The position numbers and the translations under genes were made by a program. A stretch of DNA of 64,000 nt, taken from Rubripirellula sp. (lineage in GTDB: Bacteria; Planctomycetota; Planctomycetia; Pirellulales; Pirellulaceae). The notes beneath the pieces are model-generated. The model saw only the letters and a list, made by a program, of their open reading frames with translations. It made no database searches and had not been told where the DNA came from. Below are positions 50,615-60,197 of this stretch, one piece after another. Position 1 is the stretch's first letter. Each line of letters starts with the position of its first letter. The DNA lies in contig JBAUHR010001023.1 in NCBI GenBank assembly GCA_049680385.1, forward strand, positions 12,961 through 76,960, in the 5' to 3' direction.

Positions 50615-50842
50615 CGGTCAGACTCGGCAAGGTTGGTTTTGATGGCTCGCTCGGCCATCGGTTTCGACGCGGTTCGGTCGCGCAGCATCGACGTCAAAAC
50701 GGAATCAACGTCACAGCAACACCACAGCACGGCACGACACAGCACGGCATTCAGAAAAGTTGCACCGCAACTCGTCGGAACGGGTGGTCTAAATAAGAAA
50801 TCGCCCAAAACGATCGTGACGATTAACGCAAACTCGCTGGGC

Positions 50843-51334
50843 TCAGATCTGCCAAGATTGCAGATCGGCGCAGCGGTGACCGGACGTCAACGCAAACAAG
50901 CGAGGAAAGGGGGCGAAGGGGCGGTGTGCCGACAAACCACCCGTGGCCGCGAACCGATGCGAGTCCCAGTGTACTGATTCGACCACTCGAGCTATCGGTT
51001 GGAAATCGAAAGTCTGCAGCTTGACCGTGACGTAGCTGCACCGAGCTTCGTTGCAGTCATGGGAATCACCGTTTGACCCGTCACAACAAATCGCTTCGAT
51101 CGATGTGACACCGCGATCGAAATGGGACTCGGTTCGGTGCGAGTGCTCGCTGCCTTCGGAACAGCACTCGTGGTTCGCGTGATCATGCCCGACGGTTTCG
51201 ACGTCCGCACAAGCGTTCGCGTACACCGCACAGCAATCGTTGCAAACCCCATGCGAGTGATGCCAGCAGCAACCCAACACCGCGTGAGCGGCGAACGCAA
51301 ATAGCGTCAATCGTTGGATGAACCGCGCAATCAC
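50843..51334 (-). CDS. Cys/His-rich exported protein upstream of the RND cassette
   Basis: Hydrophobic N-terminus, then HAVLGCCWHHSH, CNDCC, HDHANHECC and HDCNEARCSY. Start uncertain (51334-51454). Confidence 0.65.
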   Translation of the reverse strand: MIARFIQRLTLFAFAAHAVLGCCWHHSHGVCNDCCAVYANACADVETVGHDHANHECCSEGSEHSHRTESHFDRGVTSIEAICCDGSNGDSHDCNEARCSYVTVKLQTFDFQPIARVVESVHWDSHRFAATGGLSAHRPFAPFPRLFALTSGHRCADLQSWQI

Positions 51335-51552
51335 AGCAAAGCAACTCGCAAAAGACAAGAACCGAATCCGAACTGATAACCTCATTGTCACTAGTCCTAC
51401 AATCGGGTCAATGGCGACCGAACTTGAACATCTCACGACCGTTTTGTCAGCCAAGCCGTCAACCGAATTTGGCGAAACCGGATAGAACGCTGCCTATTTG
51501 CCGGTTTTGACGCGAATGTTGGTGTGACCCGCATTGTGCGGACCCTCGCAAT

Positions 51553-52974
51553 CTATTGGGCGTCCGCGCGGTCTTGGCTCGGCGAAAGCTGCCAGTTCCA
51601 GAATCCATACTCGCTGCGGTTTTCGGCGTCGAACTGGGACAGGTCGACAGGTTGTGTGGGCGTCTGGTCGCCAGACTCGCGAGGGGCAAATCCCCACAGG
51701 ATCGCTTTTGTGATGGGTTCCTTTGCGTCGTCGGCGTTGTTGCTTTGCGTTTGATATCCAAACGCCTGTTTGCCGATGGGGGCGATGGGGCCCAATTCGA
51801 TGTCAATCTTTTCGAGATCGGTAAGCGACTGCGGCCACACCCGGAAACGTTTTTCATACAGCCGCACTGCGATCCCCAACTTCGTCAACCGTCGTTCCAT
51901 GGTCGATCGAACGATGGCGGTTCCGTAGGCGCTAAATGCGGGCAACAACAGTGACGACAAAATGTTGTCGAACTGGGTCAGCAAACCTGCGTTCTTCATC
52001 TTGCGATCCAGATCCGATTCGACGGTGGATAGTTCGGTCAGGAACGTGTTCAGGTTGCTGGTGTTGACCGCTTCGGCCTGGGCATAGAAATCGAGCGCAG
52101 ACAGCGCGTCGATAGGACGTGCAGTCAGGGTGGCCGGCATGCCGCTGTCCAGGGCTTGACCAGGATCATCAAACATCGGTAAAGCCATCGCTCGTTCACC
52201 GGCAATTGACAATCGAAAGCCAACACCAAAGTCATCCATCTGTGTTAGCTGCTCCAGCAGCTCGATCAACTGTGGTTCTGTTAGCGTATCCAGCTCGATC
52301 ATCATCTTCCAATGCCGAAGCGCCTGGCTGCACTCGGCGATGCTAACCAACTGACAGACAATGATCGGCTCTTTGTCTTGGACGCGTGCGACCGCCATCA
52401 TCGCTTTCGCAGACCGAAACGCCTGTTCATGGTCATCACGCCGGATCGCATCAAGATGTTCAAGAGCCAGTAACCGAGACGCCGCGCGAGAATTTTGCGA
52501 GTACGGCAGCAGCGTATTGAATGATTCGAAATCGACGCGTGTCCAAATCTCAGTGGTGCCGTCAAGCACGTCATGCAGTTCGGATCGCAGCTTGCGGTGC
52601 GCGTTCAAGAATTGCGAGACTCGGTCGGCGCCCTGCCAGTTGTTCGCGGCCGTGAACAGCGTCTCATCCGCAACGCCGACGATGGGAATGCCCTTGGCTG
52701 TTGCTTGGAAGTCGTCGGTATCGAAAGTTTCAAGAATTTCCATCCACCGTTCGGACTCATCCGTGTCCATCGTCGCGGCTCGAAAATCCATCATCGATTG
52801 ATCGTCGATCGGCAGCCCACGAGCAGCGATTTCAGATTTCCGCGCGGCCAGTTCCTGAGCCGCCATCGCATTGCGACCGAACCACCAAGCGGCGAGACCA
52901 CCGCACATCAGCATTGGCAAAATCGCCAACACAATCAAGACAATGAACCACTTCGACTTCGTTGAGTTCGTCAT
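51553..52974 (-). CDS. Membrane-anchored helical hypothetical protein with pseudopilin-like C-terminus
   Basis: N-terminal TM; LTKLGIAVRLYEKRFRVWPQSLTDL resembles the GspG-like helix-Y-x4-P motif. Confidence 0.65.
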   Translation of the reverse strand: MTNSTKSKWFIVLIVLAILPMLMCGGLAAWWFGRNAMAAQELAARKSEIAARGLPIDDQSMMDFRAATMDTDESERWMEILETFDTDDFQATAKGIPIVGVADETLFTAANNWQGADRVSQFLNAHRKLRSELHDVLDGTTEIWTRVDFESFNTLLPYSQNSRAASRLLALEHLDAIRRDDHEQAFRSAKAMMAVARVQDKEPIIVCQLVSIAECSQALRHWKMMIELDTLTEPQLIELLEQLTQMDDFGVGFRLSIAGERAMALPMFDDPGQALDSGMPATLTARPIDALSALDFYAQAEAVNTSNLNTFLTELSTVESDLDRKMKNAGLLTQFDNILSSLLLPAFSAYGTAIVRSTMERRLTKLGIAVRLYEKRFRVWPQSLTDLEKIDIELGPIAPIGKQAFGYQTQSNNADDAKEPITKAILWGFAPRESGDQTPTQPVDLSQFDAENRSEYGFWNWQLSPSQDRADAQ

Positions 52975-53069
52975 GTTTGTCCTAGTTGATCGATCGCGTG
53001 CAGAGCTTGTTTGTGCTCGCTGGGATTCGAGACGTCCAGCAGCGGTCCAGGTCGCGCACGACTCAGTGG

Positions 53070-56000
53070 TTACCTTGAGTCGGCCATCCCCTCTTTCCGC
53101 GTGGCAACGAAAGCGAAGATAGCAGAAATGATCACAAGCATCACGAACACGGATGCCGTTCGCCAGAATGGTAGACGTCCCACCAAGCCAAAATTCAAGT
53201 CGAGACTGAGCGGTTTGTTCTCTGCGACTTGCACGCTTCGGCCGAATGAATAGACCGATCCTTCCTCCGGTAGACTAATCAAGATCGCTTGCGGCGCCGG
53301 TTGTGTGTTGTGTTGATGTTGGACGAGTCGAGTGGCGATTTGGCCGAGGATGGCATTATCCGCCGTGGTGTTGCCTCGCAACAATTGGCTGAGTTCTTGG
53401 GGGCGGAAGTTTAGTTGATCCTGTTGCAATATCGGATTGTGGGCTGCAGCTTCTCGCAACTGCTTGTTGTCGATCGCGGCACCATCGGTACGAACATTGT
53501 CGAGATACAATTGTTGTCGCCGTGTGTTCAATCCCACGATTGCTTGTTGCGTTTGCAGATTTTCCAACTGCACCCGCGCGTCTTCGTTCGAGGCTGCGTC
53601 GAGTCCGTATCGGTTCGCTACGCTGTTCAATGCCCACCCTGCTTTGGATTGTTCGCCTGCCCGCAACAGTTGGTTTGCTTGTTCCAAAAGTTGCGTTGCC
53701 TGCTGAGCTTGCACCTGACGCTTTCCTTTGACTTTCGACAAATACGAAGTGCGGTCATAGGTTTCCTGATTGCTGGTGCTGACCAATTCTAAATTGCCGC
53801 CACTGTCGACAAGCTCGAAACCTCTCGGTGCGACGACGTTCCAGACAATGTTTTCAAGTGGCACATTCAGGTTTGGACTGACCAGACTCAGCGAACTCAA
53901 TCGATTGCCGGGCACCGAATAGACAAAGCGAACTTTCGCATTTCGATCATCGATCCCCGGCAGAATCGTGAATTGCCAATCGCTGGCAACACCGCCTTGG
54001 CGAATCGAGTTCACGCTTTCACCATTCACAAAAATGCTCAGTAGTTCGCCGCCCGCGGGAAGTCCAACGATCAGGCTGCTGCGCCGGATCACTTCGATCG
54101 TCACATCCACCGATGTAAGTTGATCACCGGTGGGTGACAGCACCGTGGTCAAAACGCCATCGGCCACTCGCAACTTGAGTGCATCGGCCAAAGAGTGGCG
54201 TTTAGCATGAATGACCAAGTCACGTGCTGGCGTGACGGCACGCAGTGCAAATGCCGGTGCCGTTCGATTCTCGGCCTCGCGTAGCACGGCCGGAACCATC
54301 ATCCAGTCGATCCGCTGCCAACCGTCCGACAATTCGCCAGGTTCCAACTGCAGTCGACCACCAGCTCGAATGCCGAAGAAATACGAGAGTTGACGAGACT
54401 GAGGGAATTCAGCAGGCTTCAACGATTCGATATCGTCCCGCCGATCGCCGCGGCGCTGGTACTCGATTCGGAAGTCAATCTTGCCGACAACGCGGCGTTT
54501 GAATTGGACTTCCCAGATGTTCGAATCGGGTGCGGTCCGAACAAAGTCGCTGACCGTGTTGCCGCTCGCTCGCAGCGTCTTGATTTCGTCCGCATCGGTG
54601 ATGGGAAGCACGACACGCAGACTGCGAATCGAAGCGTTTTGAACATTGAAGTCAGCAATCAACGCAGTACGAGTCTGCCCTTCCCGCAACGTGACCTCGT
54701 GTAGCACTTGCCCCGTGATCCATGGATCGAGTTTTTCGATTCCAAGCACTAGATTCCAATCACGTTGCAACAATCGAAACGCCAACGCGCCTTGCGTCTC
54801 GCCTCCCATCGTGCGTGGATCCGTTTCGGAAACGTTCTGTCGTGAAACCGTTCGCAGACGAATTCCAGTCGTAGGCCGTACGACCAGATCACTCGTCTGG
54901 CGAGTGGCTTCGTTGAGCACAAATTTTGGGATTTTCCACTCCGCCACATCCGTCGGTGCGGTGCCGGAAAGAGCGAGCGAGAAGTTCTGTGTGCCGATCG
55001 TTTTCCCGCTGAGATGCAGGATGATTTGTCGCTGACCTCCTTCGGTCAATTCAGCCCAGTGATGCAGAGCGTCGCCGCTGAGCGATTCGACTTCCAAGCC
55101 ACTCGGAAGCGGAAAGCTCAATTGAAACAAACCTGCTCGTGTGATCTCGGCCGCAAAGTTGACAGCCAAGACAACTCGCTCGTCCCCCAGTGAAAGAACT
55201 TGCTTGCTTAAGACGCGGACCTCGGGGGCCACCGGCGCGGCGCGAACGAGCACTTCTCCTCCGTCGGCACCGTACCGATACACCCGATGTACGACAGCTT
55301 GTTTGTTCGCAACCAAATTGGCATCGAAGTCGCCCAGATTGACGGCCGACATTTGCTTCGGTTCGGACTTTTCCGGTTGAGCCTCTGGCCCAAATGCAAT
55401 CGCGACCAAACCAACTTCCCCGTCTGCATCAACAAACTTCAACGGCGACAGTGTCACGTCGGTCGGCAGAGGATCAAGTCCACGTTGAGTTTCAATCATC
55501 ACATCGAAGACGCTCGATTGAGCCGGTTCAACTTCCATCTTCAATTGACCGCTGTCGGCATCGAACTGCCACGATCCCACCGGACCGGTAACGTCACTGA
55601 CGGTGAAGCCACTGGGAACGATCACGTTCAAGGCGTCGACTTGGCCTTGGGAAGTGCGGATGTTGAGACGATGGTTGCCGTCAACGACACCCGGTCCAGG
55701 AAGATACAGATTTGATGCCTCGACGAAGAACTGCTTTTCTTCGGTCGTGACGTCGCGTTCTTTGGGCTTCAATACGAGGTTTGCGGTTCCAGGGCCGAGC
55801 AACACTTTGGCCTCGGTCGCTAGGTTGTCGAGGTCAGTTTCAATCCGAATAGCCGTTGGGCTGGTAACGTCCCATCCCGGTTGGTCATACGACAAGTTGA
55901 CGACTTGCACTGCGGCAACCCCCGTCAGCACGGGCAAACCCTTCGTTGGCGTGACCGCTTCGAGCTGAAACTCAAAAGTGGCCTCGAAATGAGCGACCCT

Positions 56001-59000
56001 ATCGTCGGCCGGATCGCTTTGTTCCTCTGTTAACTTTTTGTCAGTGATCGGAATGCTGACGATATACGCTAGCCCGCGTTGTGGGACTTCATTCTTCGTT
56101 AAACGTAACCCCTTCCCTTCGAAATGAGAGAGAACAGCGGGAGCGCGCAACAATACAAAACGGTCACCCGGTTTACCCGATAGTTTGATCGTTCCGCTGG
56201 CTTTTAGACGTGAGTCTTGATGGGTCACTTGCCACTGTTGGTGGATCGAGTCGGCGGCTTCAAAACCATCCGCCGGGGCGGCAAAGCTATCGCTTGTCGG
56301 CCAAAGAAACAGAGCCAGCAACAGCATTGTTGTCCCGGCGGAACCAAGCTCTTCACGCGAAACGGTTGTGTCAGATCCTTGCGTCTTCCTGTTCGCGTTC
56401 TGATCGCGCATCCAGGTCGGTAGCTTTCGTAACAGATCGATTGCAGGCCAGGCGAACAACAAAACCAAGATCGCAGCGGCCAGAAGCGAGAAGAACAACG
56501 CGGCACCATCCCCTTGAAACAATGCGCCGAGTGCGACTAACAAGATGCCCCCGATTCGCAGCAGTACCCGCTGGTACGTTTCGCCTTTTGTGAATGACCA
56601 ACCGATGATCCCGACGCCAGCCAGCGAAGCGACGACTCCTAGCCACGATAGATTGGCTCGCCACATTGGTGTGTTCGACACTTGCAGTTGGATCATTTCG
56701 CCAGTCGACAGAATCGGCAGGCTCAATTGCAAGGGTGCCGGCGCACGCATTTGAGAATAAGCCGCTGATGCGGTGGACGCCGAAATCCAAATGGCAATGG
56801 CGAGGCTAAGTAGACCAGCGACACGATAGAAATCGTTCTTGCGACAGCCCCAGATTCCGATACCTGAAAAAAGTCCAATCAACAGCAACGAGACGATTCC
56901 CTGCTTCGCGACCCAATTGAAACCCGAGGGACGAAGGACGGGAAACGACGGCGTGACCGTACCGCCGTTTGGAACCAAGACGTGCTTCTGGTCGCCAACA
57001 ATATTCCATTGGGTTTTCAGGACGGGAGCAAAAACGATTGGCAGCATCAGTTCAGGGCTCGATTCACTTACCGTCGGTTTTCCCAATCGCACGCTAACCT
57101 GGGCGGGGATGTTCGGGTCCAAACCGCCCGGTAACGGAATCAATGTCTCGTCGTCAGCTTGGCGAGGCGTCACCGGGTGTCCGTCGACCGAAACGGCCCA
57201 AAGCCGGACCGGATCATCCGGCAACTTGATTTTGAACGTGCGTTGTCCGCGAGACTTAACGAAGTACAACACGTCGGTAACCAACTCGCCGTCTTGAGAA
57301 ACTCGGCTGTTGGCTTCGGCAAACTCAACGACTTGTGTGGCCATCATTCCAGGTTTGAACCAACGGACATCCAAGTTCAGGTCGAACGGACGCTCGGTGT
57401 ATTGCCACGTTCCCAGCGGTGGCGCGGTGCTCAACAATCGCAGTTCCGCTGGCAATTCCAACGGATCCAGTTTGAGCATGTCATCGGAGATAGAATCGGT
57501 GCTGATTTCCACCTGCATCGGGCTGACGACTTGAATGAAACCACGCTCGCCTTGTACTCCGATCGGCGCGACCTGACCGGCGAGAAACGAACCTTTCGTC
57601 TTGCTCGGTTTTTCTTCGAATGTGACCAGCAACGTGTAGGCGCCCATCACGGGTTGATGCAGCGATACGATCAATGTCTCGCCTTCGCGACGCCAAGTGC
57701 GGATGTCTTGGCCGTCGACCATCACATTGCCAAGCGATGGTGGTACATGGATCTTCCACTCCGACATGGGCGACCCCGCTACAAAAAAGTTGATCAGTGC
57801 GCTGCCGTACGCCGTTTCTTCATTAAGCGAGTAGAGGTGGAAAACGTCCGATTGAACGCTTCGCTGCAGCAGTTCGATTTGCATCGTCGCAGTCCATCCC
57901 GGTTCGCGAATCCGAAATGCTTGTTGCAAATGAGGTGACGGTTTCGGGAAGTAGGAAAGAGGTTTTTCGACCAACAATTGGGTGTCACCTACGGAGATCC
58001 GAAAGCCCGGTGCACCGATGATTCCGATGTCACCCCGAACCGTTCTTGCTTCCGGGTATTCGATGTGTGGTAGCACCCAGTCACCGGCGACCGCGGACTC
58101 GCTCTTCTCTAAGTGCAACGACACAAGCTGGCGTCCACGAATGTCTTGACCGAAAATCACTTTCAAGTTGCGACGTCCATCGGTAACTTCGGTTGCGGCA
58201 ATGTAGTCTGCAACGCTTGCACCTGTGACAGCGACGACGGAGTGGTCCGCAGGAACGCCAAAGTCCCATTCGCGGATTGGTGCCTCGCGAATATCAAGTT
58301 CGACATCGGCTCGAATCACACGATCGGATTCAGTCAGTTCATAGAGAACGAGTTCTGATACGTTTACTTCGGGTTGGATACGATCTGCCGCAACCGTGAA
58401 GCCGTAGTCTGCCGCGGGAAAGCGATACACAAAAACCTGGCGAGACTCGATTGGCTTGCCCGGAAATTGATCCGGAGCCAACTGGGTCAGCCCGCTCAGT
58501 CCCGTCGGTTCCAGCCGCACCGAACCGAGATTGGTTAGCCTCACATAACCCGAATGCCGGATCGCATCGATGGGATTTAGCCGCAAACCTTCAACGCGAA
58601 CGGGAAACGCACCAAGCGGCGTTTGACTTCGAATATTGATGCGACTTTCGCTGGTGATCGGTTGGCTTAGGGTAACGTCCAACTGTCGATCATTTCCTTT
58701 GCCGACCACCTTCCACCCCACCATGTTCGGGCTCTGCACATCAAGTATTTCGCCGGGGCCTAGCAACAGAATGCTGAGCGATTTCAATTCGCCTTGAAGA
58801 ACCTTGTAGTCGATTTGGTGATCCTGGCGCAGCAGCCCGGCACCGACCTTCGCCTCAACATGGCCCGTTGTGGTGAAGAACAGTTTCCCTTCCCCCGTCC
58901 TGCGTGCTGCTTTCCAATTCAACTTGGCTCGTCCGGTCGCTGGCAAAAATCCCTTCCACGTTTTGTCGTCGCGCAGCGGTACGATAGAACTCTGGTCACG

Positions 59001-60038
59001 TTGGAATTCGAGATCGCTCGCAAGCCCGTCGATTGAAAGAGGGACGACGGCGGCAGCCGCAACGCTAAAGTCCATACGCTTCGCATTGCCATCCGCCGCT
59101 GCGATCGTCGCGACGAAATCAAGTTCAATTGGAAACTCACCTGCTTTTGCAAAAACAAGTTTGTAGACAGGTTGTCCTTCGTCGACGGCTAGCTTCAATC
59201 GATAGTTGCTGTTCGCAGGCACTTGGCTGACCGCGGCATTGCCTGATAGGGCGACGATTTCTACATCGGGTTCGCTAACCCGAGCCGTGCCGCGAAGTTG
59301 AAACTGGATCGACTTCCCATTGGCATCAACGTTCCCTTTTAATGTGGTGCCGACTAATTCGACAGGCGACGGCGACGCTTCGTCACGATGAATCGAAAGT
59401 GCTAAAGCACCTCCCGTCGCGGTTTGAAACCGAACCGTTCGCTCGGCGGAATCGAGTGGTGAAAAACCTTCTGCCTTGGTTACTGATCCTGCGACTCCTG
59501 TGGCAAAGTTGATTGCCACAATCGAATCGAAGCCGACTGCGTCACCGGCAGCCAAGTGTGCTAGCTCGATCGCCGCCGGAAGTTGCAGTTGCTTCAATTG
59601 AATCACAACTTCCGCGTTGATTTTTGTGACGCCGTCGGTGACATGAAGATCAAGGAAGCGTAAGTCTCCCGCGCGTCGCACCGACCAGGACCGAAGCTCT
59701 TTTTCATCACCCTCGACGCCGACAACCTCGCCGTCTCCTCGAAGCCCGAGGCTGATGGTCGTTGCACGCCCCTGGATAACTTTCACCTTCAATTCGACAA
59801 CTTGATCGATCTCGTCGCGACTAACCACAGCCGATGCCTTTGCCGAAGCAGTGAAAAACACAGGCGGCTCGGGCAATGTCCCACGAGCTTCAACGATGAT
59901 CTTTCCGGTGCCATCGTCGTTGATCGAGCTATGAATGTTAGCGCGTTCGGCGTCTTCCTGTGCGAAACAAGGTTGCAGGAAAACAAGCAACACGAGTGAA
60001 GTGAACGCGAGAATATGCTTGGTTTTCATAAGAGCCAT
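53070..60038 (-). CDS. Giant (~2320 aa) exported/membrane protein made of two homologous beta-rich halves
   Basis: Signal peptide (PCFA-QE), central multi-TM block, second signal-like segment and C-terminal TM; continuous ORF. Confidence 0.8.
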   Translation of the reverse strand: MALMKTKHILAFTSLVLLVFLQPCFAQEDAERANIHSSINDDGTGKIIVEARGTLPEPPVFFTASAKASAVVSRDEIDQVVELKVKVIQGRATTISLGLRGDGEVVGVEGDEKELRSWSVRRAGDLRFLDLHVTDGVTKINAEVVIQLKQLQLPAAIELAHLAAGDAVGFDSIVAINFATGVAGSVTKAEGFSPLDSAERTVRFQTATGGALALSIHRDEASPSPVELVGTTLKGNVDANGKSIQFQLRGTARVSEPDVEIVALSGNAAVSQVPANSNYRLKLAVDEGQPVYKLVFAKAGEFPIELDFVATIAAADGNAKRMDFSVAAAAVVPLSIDGLASDLEFQRDQSSIVPLRDDKTWKGFLPATGRAKLNWKAARRTGEGKLFFTTTGHVEAKVGAGLLRQDHQIDYKVLQGELKSLSILLLGPGEILDVQSPNMVGWKVVGKGNDRQLDVTLSQPITSESRINIRSQTPLGAFPVRVEGLRLNPIDAIRHSGYVRLTNLGSVRLEPTGLSGLTQLAPDQFPGKPIESRQVFVYRFPAADYGFTVAADRIQPEVNVSELVLYELTESDRVIRADVELDIREAPIREWDFGVPADHSVVAVTGASVADYIAATEVTDGRRNLKVIFGQDIRGRQLVSLHLEKSESAVAGDWVLPHIEYPEARTVRGDIGIIGAPGFRISVGDTQLLVEKPLSYFPKPSPHLQQAFRIREPGWTATMQIELLQRSVQSDVFHLYSLNEETAYGSALINFFVAGSPMSEWKIHVPPSLGNVMVDGQDIRTWRREGETLIVSLHQPVMGAYTLLVTFEEKPSKTKGSFLAGQVAPIGVQGERGFIQVVSPMQVEISTDSISDDMLKLDPLELPAELRLLSTAPPLGTWQYTERPFDLNLDVRWFKPGMMATQVVEFAEANSRVSQDGELVTDVLYFVKSRGQRTFKIKLPDDPVRLWAVSVDGHPVTPRQADDETLIPLPGGLDPNIPAQVSVRLGKPTVSESSPELMLPIVFAPVLKTQWNIVGDQKHVLVPNGGTVTPSFPVLRPSGFNWVAKQGIVSLLLIGLFSGIGIWGCRKNDFYRVAGLLSLAIAIWISASTASAAYSQMRAPAPLQLSLPILSTGEMIQLQVSNTPMWRANLSWLGVVASLAGVGIIGWSFTKGETYQRVLLRIGGILLVALGALFQGDGAALFFSLLAAAILVLLFAWPAIDLLRKLPTWMRDQNANRKTQGSDTTVSREELGSAGTTMLLLALFLWPTSDSFAAPADGFEAADSIHQQWQVTHQDSRLKASGTIKLSGKPGDRFVLLRAPAVLSHFEGKGLRLTKNEVPQRGLAYIVSIPITDKKLTEEQSDPADDRVAHFEATFEFQLEAVTPTKGLPVLTGVAAVQVVNLSYDQPGWDVTSPTAIRIETDLDNLATEAKVLLGPGTANLVLKPKERDVTTEEKQFFVEASNLYLPGPGVVDGNHRLNIRTSQGQVDALNVIVPSGFTVSDVTGPVGSWQFDADSGQLKMEVEPAQSSVFDVMIETQRGLDPLPTDVTLSPLKFVDADGEVGLVAIAFGPEAQPEKSEPKQMSAVNLGDFDANLVANKQAVVHRVYRYGADGGEVLVRAAPVAPEVRVLSKQVLSLGDERVVLAVNFAAEITRAGLFQLSFPLPSGLEVESLSGDALHHWAELTEGGQRQIILHLSGKTIGTQNFSLALSGTAPTDVAEWKIPKFVLNEATRQTSDLVVRPTTGIRLRTVSRQNVSETDPRTMGGETQGALAFRLLQRDWNLVLGIEKLDPWITGQVLHEVTLREGQTRTALIADFNVQNASIRSLRVVLPITDADEIKTLRASGNTVSDFVRTAPDSNIWEVQFKRRVVGKIDFRIEYQRRGDRRDDIESLKPAEFPQSRQLSYFFGIRAGGRLQLEPGELSDGWQRIDWMMVPAVLREAENRTAPAFALRAVTPARDLVIHAKRHSLADALKLRVADGVLTTVLSPTGDQLTSVDVTIEVIRRSSLIVGLPAGGELLSIFVNGESVNSIRQGGVASDWQFTILPGIDDRNAKVRFVYSVPGNRLSSLSLVSPNLNVPLENIVWNVVAPRGFELVDSGGNLELVSTSNQETYDRTSYLSKVKGKRQVQAQQATQLLEQANQLLRAGEQSKAGWALNSVANRYGLDAASNEDARVQLENLQTQQAIVGLNTRRQQLYLDNVRTDGAAIDNKQLREAAAHNPILQQDQLNFRPQELSQLLRGNTTADNAILGQIATRLVQHQHNTQPAPQAILISLPEEGSVYSFGRSVQVAENKPLSLDLNFGLVGRLPFWRTASVFVMLVIISAIFAFVATRKEGMADSR

Positions 60039-60083
60039 TTTCCAAGTTGGAGTGAACGCTTTCACACGGATGTTGAGTTGTGG

Positions 60084-60181
60084 CTGTCGGCTTCGTGAGC
60101 CGCGACACGTAAGCGGCCGGGCAGCACACGCCCCCAGGTACCTGACGCCCGCGGCTTTCAGTTAGTCGACGAAGCCGACAG
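60084..60181. repeat. Intergenic inverted-repeat element (MITE/REP-like)
   Basis: Perfect 13-bp IR ctgtcggcttcgt / acgaagccgacag, with inner IR agccgcg / cgcggct. Confidence 0.6.
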
Positions 60182-60197
60182 TCCTGAAGCCTCACTT

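Noticed and set aside
50711..50750. cacagcac/ggcac short repeats upstream of the RND adaptor gene
   Set aside because: Degenerate and low in information; cannot be supported as operator sites.
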